DNA of 64,000 nucleotides from a virus (Duplodnaviria; Heunggongvirae; Uroviricota; Caudoviricetes): IMG/VR virus record IMGVR_UViG_2541047913_000007; one strand, 5' to 3'. Shown piece by piece: positions 55,917 to 64,000 of this stretch (position 1 is its first letter; each line of letters starts with the position of its first letter). The notes under the pieces were generated by a model. It saw only the letters and a program-made list of their open reading frames with translations, ran no database searches and was not told where the DNA came from. The position numbers and the translations under genes were made by a program.

Positions 55917-57131
55917 TCACAGCTTCACTGCGGTATCAACGGCAATAACACCGTGATCCTGCATCTTGCCGCTCTTCTCGGGGAAACGGATTTTTTTCAG
56001 ACCGTTGATCCAGCTGATTGCTATCTCAGTACGGTTATCCATATCCGTTTTCTTCTCAACCATGTTGAAGTGACCGCCGCCCTTCTGACCGTACGCATTC
56101 GCCAGCGCCTGAGCCCCCAGCAGCATGGCACGGTCGATGTTGGTTGCAGCAGCCTTTTCTGCCATCGTTGCCGTAAGGTCATTGTTCGACACCATAACCT
56201 TTGACCCCTGATAGAAACGGATCGGCATCCCCGCATACTTACGGACCAGAATATTGCGCCACATCGCACATTCGCCTTTAAACAGCGGATGGTTAAAACC
56301 TTTTGAGCGGTTTACGGCACGCGTCATCATCTGGTTCCAGTCCTTGCCGGACGTGGAGGTGTACCAGTCATTCCACTGACGCGGCGTGACGTAGAGGACG
56401 TAATACGGATCTTCGCCATACAGCTCATCACCGGACAGGCGTACCGGTTGTAACGGATGAGCCATCTCGTCAATAAACAGTGAGAGATTATCGACCAGCG
56501 CAAGAGTGAACAGGTCAGACTGGTCAATACTCTCAAAACTCGTCGCATCCCCACCGAAAAAATGACGATCATGCGTCGGCGGCAGTACGTCGTTGATCAT
56601 GATTTTTTTGAATTCAGGGTGATCTGCCGTTGGCAGAATGGTGTCATCAGCAACAAAATCACCGCGGGCACCGGCAAGATGCACTATCGCACACTGGTCC
56701 TGCAGGTCGTTAAAGTACGTACCCAGCAGCGTTCTGGCAGAGGATGCCAGGTTGAACTTCGTACGCTGCTGGCTCATACGTCCGCCCGCATCCACCAGGT
56801 GACGGCCCTGATTAATTTTCAGGGAAAAATCAGCATGGCTGAGGTCTTCACCACGGCCTTCAACGCGCTCATCCCCCATCGTCGGACGTTTAGAGAGTTT
56901 GTGCATGATGCTGAACGTCACTTCATCACCGGCCTGTTTGTTGAGGTCCGTGATTCGCACAACCGGTGCACCGGCACTGGTCTGCTTCGTGCTTTTCTTG
57001 TCAGGCGAAACTGCTTTTGGTGCATCCTGCTGTTCAGTGAGTATATTCACCATTGAGCGGTTGCGGTTGGCAGCCGTGAAAAGCGCCACCTGATACAGCT
57101 TATTCGCCTGGGCTGTTGTTACTGTGGTCAT
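55917..57131 (-). CDS. Putative major capsid protein
   Basis: 404 aa between scaffold-like and decoration-like genes; assignment by gene order and size only. Confidence 0.5.
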   Translation of the reverse strand: MTTVTTAQANKLYQVALFTAANRNRSMVNILTEQQDAPKAVSPDKKSTKQTSAGAPVVRITDLNKQAGDEVTFSIMHKLSKRPTMGDERVEGRGEDLSHADFSLKINQGRHLVDAGGRMSQQRTKFNLASSARTLLGTYFNDLQDQCAIVHLAGARGDFVADDTILPTADHPEFKKIMINDVLPPTHDRHFFGGDATSFESIDQSDLFTLALVDNLSLFIDEMAHPLQPVRLSGDELYGEDPYYVLYVTPRQWNDWYTSTSGKDWNQMMTRAVNRSKGFNHPLFKGECAMWRNILVRKYAGMPIRFYQGSKVMVSNNDLTATMAEKAAATNIDRAMLLGAQALANAYGQKGGGHFNMVEKKTDMDNRTEIAISWINGLKKIRFPEKSGKMQDHGVIAVDTAVKL

Positions 57132-57153
57132 TACGTCAGTACTCCTTCAGTGG

Positions 57154-58161
57154 TTACCCGAGTTTTTCCAGAATCGCGTCAATTTCAGCGTCCGTCATGC
57201 CTCGCATGGCTGCTTCAATTTCGGTATGGGAAGCACCAAGTAACCGTTCAAAATTATCACCGGTTCCGACGGAAGCCGTGTTGCCAAGCTCTGACGGGGA
57301 AGCAGGCACAGCCATCTCCCGTTCAGCGGCTTTCACTTTTTCTTCCGCCGTTTTCCGGATATCCGTGTTGTCTGCCTTGTCATCAGAAGGCGGCTCACTG
57401 GCTTCACCGAAAGCGAGCTGCGTACGGCGGGCCACTTCGGCGAAACGTTCAGTGAGCGGTTTGTCTTTCCATGCGGGGTCATTCTGGAGCTTCCCGTCGA
57501 TGGATACGGCAACCGAGAAGCGATCCGGATCGGAGTTCTGCCACGTTTTCAGCACCGGCACGGCATTCATCGCATCAAGAACCGGTGATAAATCCTCACC
57601 ACCATGACCTTCTGCCTGCTGTGCTGATTGCTGAACACGGGACTGGAGATAGTTATTTTTACGGATGAGCGAAGCCACCGCGTCACCAATTTCCGGATAC
57701 ATATCCCTGATACGGGCAATCTTCTCATCAGAGATTTTTTCGTTTTCCGGTAACGGTGCGGGTTTCATACCGGCCTGGTGGATCTGAGACGTCAGCAGTT
57801 CAACCAGGCGTTTTTCTTCGGCTATCTGTCCCCGAAGAAGTGCGGCTTCCTGTTCGGCCCGCTGCTTACCGGAACGTTCAGCCTCAAGGACTTCATAGGG
57901 AATGACGTGTTTACCATCGCGGGTGAGCACACCCTTCGCCTCCGGCTCCTTCACGTCCTGCGTCTGCTCAGCACTGGCATCCGGCGTCGGTGCCGCAGTG
58001 TTATCGCCCGTCTGTGTCTGTGCTGCCTCATCCGCATGATTTTCTGTGGCGGCCTCTGTCACGCAGTCCTGTTCGTGACCGTCAATATCCACATCTCCAA
58101 GCCCTTCCAGCATTTTTTCCAGTTGTTCCGGGGTTTCTTCACCCGTAAATTCAAAATCCAT
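57154..58161 (-). CDS. Putative scaffolding protein (acidic, coiled-coil)
   Basis: 335 aa highly acidic/alpha-helical composition between portal and capsid genes. Confidence 0.5.
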   Translation of the reverse strand: MDFEFTGEETPEQLEKMLEGLGDVDIDGHEQDCVTEAATENHADEAAQTQTGDNTAAPTPDASAEQTQDVKEPEAKGVLTRDGKHVIPYEVLEAERSGKQRAEQEAALLRGQIAEEKRLVELLTSQIHQAGMKPAPLPENEKISDEKIARIRDMYPEIGDAVASLIRKNNYLQSRVQQSAQQAEGHGGEDLSPVLDAMNAVPVLKTWQNSDPDRFSVAVSIDGKLQNDPAWKDKPLTERFAEVARRTQLAFGEASEPPSDDKADNTDIRKTAEEKVKAAEREMAVPASPSELGNTASVGTGDNFERLLGASHTEIEAAMRGMTDAEIDAILEKLG

Positions 58162-58318
58162 AAATAACTCCGCATGGTCTGTTTATCGGACAGATCCGAA
58201 TGGTTGAGTAAATAAGGCTTATCGCTGCCCCCGCGAATAAGCGCACCGCTCCCGGAACGCTTATCTCCGGAAACAAAAAACCCCGTACGATGACGGGGTT
58301 CCGTTAAGTTCAGGATTT

Positions 58319-60463
58319 TCAGAGCGGCATTTCATGCATCCGCTGTTGTAGTGTATGCAGCATCTGTTGCTGAAGAACTTCCTGCTCCTGTTCCATATTC
58401 TGTATGCCGGTAATGATTTCTGCCGTATGTGCCTGGTTAAGCGCATCCACATAACGCTGTCCCTGTGCCGCGGCGACATCCCGTTGTGCGCCAGCATTAT
58501 CCCGTTGCGCAGCCGCGCGTGCCCTGGCAGCTTCTGCTTCCAGTTTAGCCACCCGGCCTGTCATTTCGCGCATCTGAAGTTCTGCCTGCTGTTGCTCCAG
58601 CGCCTGCTGTTGTGCTGCCGCTTCCTGCTCTTCCGGAGTCATCTCATCCGGTGATTTTGGCGTCCCCAGCGCCGCACGAATACGTTCGACAAATTCCTGT
58701 TTCTGCGGCACATCCAGAAGATTAACCCACAGATCGAGCACAACAGCCTGCACCTGAGGCGGCAGCCCCTGAATAACCTCTGACATTCTCTGTGCAAGCT
58801 GTGCCTTAAACGCCGGTGTCTGCTGAACAGGAGCCAGCGCAATATGTGTATTTAACCTTGAAATATCATTGGTCAGTTCACCATTATCACCTTCAGCATT
58901 GAGGACAATGGTCTGGCGACGCTGACGATCATCGCGATTAATCACCACCGCATGATTGCGCCGCTTTTTCAGGTCATCAAGAAGATAAGCGAGCAACAGC
59001 CTTCCCACCTGCTGGCAGGCAAACTGGTAGTTATCGTTGATTTCGGCAAGGGTTGTGGCTCCCTGCTCCACCAGGTTGCTGATCGCCACACCGGACGATG
59101 CATTTGAATCCTGCCCGAGAAATGCGGAATAAACCCCCATCGTGTCCTGGATAAGTTTTTCCGACTCCTGCATGACCTGAAACTGCTGGCTGGCAACCTG
59201 AAAATCCTGTTCAACCCGGAAAACATCAGCAACGCTTTTCTGATTTTTTCGGGCCGGATTCAGTTTAATAATGCCATCCGGACGCTCGATCTGCTCCATC
59301 AGCTCGTTGTCTGACAACTGGGTGGCATCCTCGTCCATAATCACGCGTTTGGCCTGAAGCAACCACGTCAGTTTTATACGACGAAAATTCACCTCATCCT
59401 GTGCCGGAATGGCCCGGGAAATCAGCCCGTAAGGCTCCCCGGTTTTATCCTTCCGGTATCCCCAGAAGGGAACCAGCGGGAACATCCCCTGCGGCGCACT
59501 GCAGGGGCGATCCACAATAAAGTGCGGTCCCACAAACCAGGCTTCACGAATACGACTTACCCGCCCGACTCTCACCTGCACCCGCCCGGATGCCACAGCC
59601 ACCGCATGCATCAGATTATTTTTATCAAAGGCCACCACCCGTCCATTACTGAGTTCAATCACCGGAAGACGCTCGAATGTACGGTAATAAACCACCTGAA
59701 GCAGCACACGACGGCGTTCACGCTGAAGCCATTCGTTCTGCTGTCGATCCCATGACTGATACTCTTCCCATGCACTCATCAACGGACTGGGCTGGCCTTC
59801 AGTAACCGTGGTATCGACAAAACCACGCCAGTCATCAATGGCATAATCGATAACCTGAGCCATTCCCGGAAATGTGGCTTTTGCCTCATCGGTATCCATC
59901 CAGCGGCGGCGCATCAGCCAGCGGCAGTCACTTAAATCAGCCTCCCGGCTGAGCCAGTCCCAGAACACTTCATTCCGGCTGACAGTAGACACCTTAAACT
60001 CAGGCCCGAACGGATCGCTGTTCCGTCTGACCTCCACCCAGCTGAGCCCCGCTTTGATTTGTTCCGCATAGGCATCAGAACGGGCTTTATTCATATTTCC
60101 AAGGCGGCAAGCATCGGCAAATTCAGCATTAATAGCTTCAGCCAGTTTTTCTGTTTCATCATCAGGATCATCTGATATCACCAACAGATCAGTCCGCGTT
60201 TTGGCCTCCATACCCAGAACACCATCAACGGTAGGCGCGATGAGGTTATGGATGGTCATCGGCTGACCGCGATCTTTCAACACCTGGAGAACTTCCAGTG
60301 GCAACTGGTCACCATCGTAATACGCACAGGCCTTGTTTGCGGCATCGCGCCATTTAGGCTGACTGTCAATATCAGAACAAAGCGCCTGTAACTGGCGCTG
60401 AGAAAAACGCGGCGTGGCTCCGTTGTCGTTTTTCGTCGCCATGGTATTAGTTTCATTTTTCAT
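58319..60463 (-). CDS. Putative portal protein
   Basis: 714 aa directly downstream of terminase large subunit, Q/A-rich helical C-terminus. Confidence 0.55.
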   Translation of the reverse strand: MKNETNTMATKNDNGATPRFSQRQLQALCSDIDSQPKWRDAANKACAYYDGDQLPLEVLQVLKDRGQPMTIHNLIAPTVDGVLGMEAKTRTDLLVISDDPDDETEKLAEAINAEFADACRLGNMNKARSDAYAEQIKAGLSWVEVRRNSDPFGPEFKVSTVSRNEVFWDWLSREADLSDCRWLMRRRWMDTDEAKATFPGMAQVIDYAIDDWRGFVDTTVTEGQPSPLMSAWEEYQSWDRQQNEWLQRERRRVLLQVVYYRTFERLPVIELSNGRVVAFDKNNLMHAVAVASGRVQVRVGRVSRIREAWFVGPHFIVDRPCSAPQGMFPLVPFWGYRKDKTGEPYGLISRAIPAQDEVNFRRIKLTWLLQAKRVIMDEDATQLSDNELMEQIERPDGIIKLNPARKNQKSVADVFRVEQDFQVASQQFQVMQESEKLIQDTMGVYSAFLGQDSNASSGVAISNLVEQGATTLAEINDNYQFACQQVGRLLLAYLLDDLKKRRNHAVVINRDDRQRRQTIVLNAEGDNGELTNDISRLNTHIALAPVQQTPAFKAQLAQRMSEVIQGLPPQVQAVVLDLWVNLLDVPQKQEFVERIRAALGTPKSPDEMTPEEQEAAAQQQALEQQQAELQMREMTGRVAKLEAEAARARAAAQRDNAGAQRDVAAAQGQRYVDALNQAHTAEIITGIQNMEQEQEVLQQQMLHTLQQRMHEMPL

Positions 60464-62169
60464 CAGTGAGCCATCCAGTGTGTGGTTCTGCGTTTATCCG
60501 TTTTCTGTTTTACCCTCACCAGCATTCTGGCGCGCATCTCCTGGGCAATCATGTAGCTCATAAGCTGATCATCAAAACAGCCTTCCTGTGCATTCATGGA
60601 GCCTTTCGCGTCATAAACGTAGGTGTTCATTTCTGATAATGTGCCCGACCAGCGGATCCCCGACAGGCCGTTATTCAGCAGCGTTTTCATTCCCTCTGTC
60701 AGGACCGGTTTACTCTGGCGGGTTGTCAGCCAGCCAAGACGGGGCGTATCGTCGTCATATGCCTGGTCAAGGTGCTGTTCGTTGTAGATATAACGCGTCG
60801 GATAGAGTTCCCTGAGTTTCAGGATAACGGCATGTCCGTGATTGTTACGCTCCGGCCCCACAAACGCATTGTTGTACATACGGCAGACCTGCGCAATGAG
60901 ATGAGCGAAAAGCTCCGCATCGAGATGACCAAACCAGTGAGCCACCTGCTCACCATTACTGCATCTGATGATATCCAGCGATGAGCGGTCTCCGTGCTCC
61001 AGCCCCTCAGCGGTATCCGCTCCGCATACATACTCTTCATCCGGATCCGGCAGCTCCCAGACCAGCAGATAATTCATCAGCGTCCGGTGCTGTTCGGCTT
61101 TATTCCCGTCACGCAGAGACTGCGCTTTGGTCTTCGTTCCTGTAACCGGTTCAATGTCATAAACAATCAGCGGTGGCGAACAGAATGACTCTGCCTGCAG
61201 CGTGCTTTCCGCACTGAACACCCGTCGTCCTGACGTCAGAAACGCCTCCTGTGGCGTTGAGGGAAATTCCTGCTTCATTTCCTCACGCTGTTCAGTTTCC
61301 TTGCAGATGTACCAGTGTTTCTGCTCATCGGTAAGCGTGATGTTCATTGCTTTTTCAACCGCAGAAAAATACGCTGTTTTTTCCCGTGACAGCTTAAGTC
61401 CGCTTTCCGGCACTCTGGCGCTGTATTTGAGATCCTGCCACCAGGCGTAAAAATGGAATTTATAATCCTGTGGCGTCAGCGCCAGCCCTGATGCAGTGAT
61501 TTCCTGTGCCCGGTTACTCATCTCGTAAAAATCGCCACCCACACCTTCAGCAGTGGATTCATCAAAAATAATGCATTCATCAGAGACGGCATTAAGCGTA
61601 CCGGTTCGCAGCTCTTTCGCCTTAGCCGGATATTTCGCGCAAATTTTGCCGTGTTCTGAGATATGCAGGCGCTGCACCGTACCTGAGCGAAATGAGGTTG
61701 CCACCTGAATACTCGAGCCGTGACCAAACAGGATATAGCCACCGCTGGCACCGCTACGACGTTCAACGATGGTGAATGAGGCTCTCAGCCAGTCAGGGAG
61801 ATGATCAAACGGTACAGCAATTTTTGTGCGGAAAATTTCACTGGCAGCCTGTTTATCCTGAGCGACGATCCCGCATTTGAGATGCGGAATGAATAATGCC
61901 TGGTCGAGAAGATAAATATCAATGGCTGTGGAAAATCCCAGCTGGCGCGCTTTCAGGATAATGTTTTTATTATGCATGTTACGAAACAACTGACGTTGCG
62001 CCGGTCGCATTCTGAAGGTGACCAGTTCACCTTTTTCGTTCTGTATTTTGTAGAGATGATTGAGGCGCCACCAGGGATTGCTCAGTTTTGTCATAATGAA
62101 CAGACGTTGTTCGGTCTCAGTCATTTCTGCAGATTCATCACATCGCGGTTTATTCTTCCGGAATGTCAT
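60463..62169 (-). CDS. Terminase large subunit
   Basis: 568 aa downstream of HTH small-subunit gene and upstream of portal; start may be the internal ATG at 62124. Confidence 0.7.
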   Translation of the reverse strand: MTFRKNKPRCDESAEMTETEQRLFIMTKLSNPWWRLNHLYKIQNEKGELVTFRMRPAQRQLFRNMHNKNIILKARQLGFSTAIDIYLLDQALFIPHLKCGIVAQDKQAASEIFRTKIAVPFDHLPDWLRASFTIVERRSGASGGYILFGHGSSIQVATSFRSGTVQRLHISEHGKICAKYPAKAKELRTGTLNAVSDECIIFDESTAEGVGGDFYEMSNRAQEITASGLALTPQDYKFHFYAWWQDLKYSARVPESGLKLSREKTAYFSAVEKAMNITLTDEQKHWYICKETEQREEMKQEFPSTPQEAFLTSGRRVFSAESTLQAESFCSPPLIVYDIEPVTGTKTKAQSLRDGNKAEQHRTLMNYLLVWELPDPDEEYVCGADTAEGLEHGDRSSLDIIRCSNGEQVAHWFGHLDAELFAHLIAQVCRMYNNAFVGPERNNHGHAVILKLRELYPTRYIYNEQHLDQAYDDDTPRLGWLTTRQSKPVLTEGMKTLLNNGLSGIRWSGTLSEMNTYVYDAKGSMNAQEGCFDDQLMSYMIAQEMRARMLVRVKQKTDKRRTTHWMAH

Positions 62170-62980
62170 CCAGTCTCCCCGAATTACTCATTTCATGCAG
62201 CGATGACACGATGTCACTGACAGGCGTAACAACGCCCCGACGCTGGCTGGTCAGAATATCGGTTTCCGCTCTGAGTTTATCTCTGGCAGCGTTGATTCTT
62301 TCCCGGTCAGCACGAAGTTTTGGTGCTGTTTCCGCCAGAACGTCCAGCGTCAGCAATGAGCGTTCAATTGACTCGATACGGGCAATATTCCGGTCAAGAG
62401 CCTGTTCGGCTTTAAGTATTTTGTCGTACAGGGCAACACGGGTTTCCACGTCAGCCGCCTCTTTCAGGTCGGCGAACATTTTTTTCAGTGTTCCTGTTAC
62501 TGAAAGTGCGCGGGCACGGGTGAACACCAGTTCATCGAACAGCACCATATCGGACGCATCATCCATGAGGTTATCTGCCTCAAGATACTTCGCATATCCA
62601 CGGTGTCTCACGGCGTGGGTGTTACGGTCGCTAAACCGGGCAACGGGGTGAGGATTGCCCGATCTGCTGTTGCGTTTCGTTTCTGCCGAATTTGCGCAGT
62701 TTTTTTCAGAATTTTTTGCGCATTTTTCATCGTCGGAACCCGCGTCATTGCTGGGTTCTTCATCTGAGATGTCATGATCGATTTCATGATCGGTTTTATG
62801 ATCGATTTCATGATCGGTTTTATGATCGATTTCATGATCGATTTTGCCCATTTTTATACGGGTTCTGGCGGTGTTGTAATTAATCTTTTTCTTACGGCAC
62901 CACTCCAGTAATGTTATTCCCGTTTCGGCATGTTCGCGTCGGAATGCCTGCTCCAGTTTTTTCCAGTCCAGCTTTGCCAT
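62150..62980 (-). CDS. Terminase small subunit-like protein with internal (HEID/HKTD) repeat
   Basis: 276 aa; N-terminal HTH-like; precedes terminase large subunit. Confidence 0.55.
   Translation of the reverse strand: MAKLDWKKLEQAFRREHAETGITLLEWCRKKKINYNTARTRIKMGKIDHEIDHKTDHEIDHKTDHEIDHDISDEEPSNDAGSDDEKCAKNSEKNCANSAETKRNSRSGNPHPVARFSDRNTHAVRHRGYAKYLEADNLMDDASDMVLFDELVFTRARALSVTGTLKKMFADLKEAADVETRVALYDKILKAEQALDRNIARIESIERSLLTLDVLAETAPKLRADRERINAARDKLRAETDILTSQRRGVVTPVSDIVSSLHEMSNSGRLDDIPEE
62773..62844. repeat. Six tandem 12-bp repeats (catgatcgattt / catgatcggttt) inside the TerS-like gene
   Basis: Encodes IDHEIDHKTDHEIDHKTDHEIDHD. Confidence 0.8.
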
Positions 62981-63281
62981 GTCACTTTCTGACGTCCTCT
63001 GTTAAAAACTGACGCATAATGACCGCTGTGATTTTTCAGAATTCACACAGCAGCGTCTTGTTTGATTGATATTTACACAATATGGTTGTTTTATCCGGTT
63101 TCTTCCACCACCGCACCGGACAGGCGGTCATGCGGGAAAACGCTCACGTTACCTGAAAACGTGGAAAGCCCGGTGTGCATCGTTTTTGATTATCCCCACA
63201 CACTCGCGCAGGAGGTCCAGTGTCTGGCTGAGGTCTCTGTTAATGCGGGAATACTGCGACGATACGGCGCATCAGCAAAAC

Positions 63282-63749
63282 TTATTTCAGGCACTGAGTG
63301 CGGATATATTCCTGTGCCCCTTCCAGCTGCTTCTGCATCATCATCAACCGCTCTCTGAGGGTGAAATAATCCCGTTCAGCGGTGTCTGCCAGTCGGGGGC
63401 CGGTTGCATTATCCATGCCGGAGGTGCCGGTGGCTTCACGCACGGTACCGGAGCAGGTGGCGTTGATCCGCAGGCGCTTACGACCAGCAGCAACATCAGC
63501 ACGCAGAGTTTCATTTTCAGCTCTCGCATCGGCTAATTCCCTCGAGTATTTTGCATCGAGCGCAGCAACATCGCGCTGGCGCACCTGCATATCAGTAATG
63601 GTGGCGTTTGCCAGCTCCAGCTCTCTGGCTTTTTTATCGCGCTGCGCTTTGTAGGTGATGGCGTTATCGCGGTAATGGTCTGTTGCCAGCCACAGCGCAC
63701 CACAGCCACCCGCCAGGACAATAATCACCACACACAGAACACGGCTCAT
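63282..63749 (-). CDS. Rz: Rz i-spanin
   Basis: 155 aa; [15 protein letters not shown]...DAKY...[17 protein letters not shown] closely matches lambda Rz. Confidence 0.9.
   Translation of the reverse strand: MSRVLCVVIIVLAGGCGALWLATDHYRDNAITYKAQRDKKARELELANATITDMQVRQRDVAALDAKYSRELADARAENETLRADVAAGRKRLRINATCSGTVREATGTSGMDNATGPRLADTAERDYFTLRERLMMMQKQLEGAQEYIRTQCLK
63344..63529 (-). CDS. Rz1: Rz1 o-spanin lipoprotein embedded in Rz (+1 frame)
   Basis: [17 protein letters not shown] lipobox, Pro-rich [27 protein letters not shown] like lambda Rz1. Confidence 0.8.
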   Translation of the reverse strand: MRELKMKLCVLMLLLVVSACGSTPPAPVPCVKPPAPPAWIMQPAPDWQTPLNGIISPSESG

Positions 63750-63756
63750 CTCTCTT

Positions 63757-63888
63757 TCACCCCACCAGTCCCGATAACGTCAGGACTCGCCAGGCGGTGG
63801 AAAAGAAAATGGCAACCAGCATTAGTGAAAATGAAATGCCGACAATTACACAGAGGATCTTCGCCAGCGTTATGAGTTTGTCTGACAT
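63757..63888 (-). CDS. Small hydrophobic protein (43 aa) between upstream partial gene and Rz
   Basis: [43 protein letters not shown]; ggagg SD. Confidence 0.35.
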   Translation of the reverse strand: MSDKLITLAKILCVIVGISFSLMLVAIFFSTAWRVLTLSGLVG

Positions 63889-63902
63889 GCTTAATCCTCC
63901 CT

Positions 63903-64000
63903 TCACGATTTCAACGCAATGACCAGTTTTGCCAGCCCATACAGCATCGGGGACACAGCAACACCGACCGCCACCCACTTAATGGCAAAAGCCAGTGCTC
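63903..64000 (-). CDS. 3' end of a lysis-region gene with hydrophobic C-terminus (partial; start beyond window)
   Basis: Translation ...ALAFAIKWVAVGVAVSPMLYGLAKLVIALKS then stop at about 63903. Confidence 0.3.
   Translation of the reverse strand, partial: ALAFAIKWVAVGVAVSPMLYGLAKLVIALKS

Larger units (their letters stand above)
27186..64000. mobile_element. Lambdoid prophage 2 (partial; tail-proximal end inserted in ynfG; continues beyond window end); structural and lysis genes on minus strand
   Basis: ynfG disruption point; ant, ibrAB-like, giant protein, lom, tail fibres, eib, head genes, terminase, Rz/Rz1. Confidence 0.75.

Overview
The window looks like an Escherichia coli chromosomal segment with two partial lambdoid prophages flanking a conserved backbone block (rspB-rspA-ynfA-ynfB-speG-ynfC-ynfD-ynfE-ynfF-ynfG'). 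All calls are from reading the sequence and translations only; no searches were run. Prophage 1 (1 to ~16.9 kb) sits at the Qin-type site next to rspB and reads mostly on the minus strand: NanS-p-like esterase (partial), two ~250-bp direct repeats, Q antiterminator with a tR'-like terminator, RusA, DUF968, a hok type I toxin, a QueH-like (DUF208) gene, lambda P-like and O-like replication genes with iterons, Cro-like/repressor immunity region, a large DEDDh-exonuclease protein, then xis-int on the plus strand. Prophage 2 (~27.19 kb to the window end) is inserted inside ynfG after codon ~27. It carries two tandem antirepressor cassettes, an IbrA/IbrB-like pair (PP-loop PAPS-reductase-like plus ParB-like), a solitary Panacea-domain gene, a 2793-aa giant protein with two HExxH motifs, a second Hok-family toxin missing from the ORF track, Lom, tail fibre genes, an Eib-like trimeric autotransporter with a LuxR-type regulator, head genes, terminase and a lambda-like Rz/Rz1 pair. 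The strongest candidates for an undescribed or accessory system are the ibrAB-like/Panacea/antirepressor cluster at the prophage 2 end, the QueH-like moron beside hok in prophage 1, and the duplicated hairpin-bounded repeat units in the Q-to-late junction. Coordinates of features not taken from the ORF track (terminators, repeats, junctions) are approximate to a few bases.
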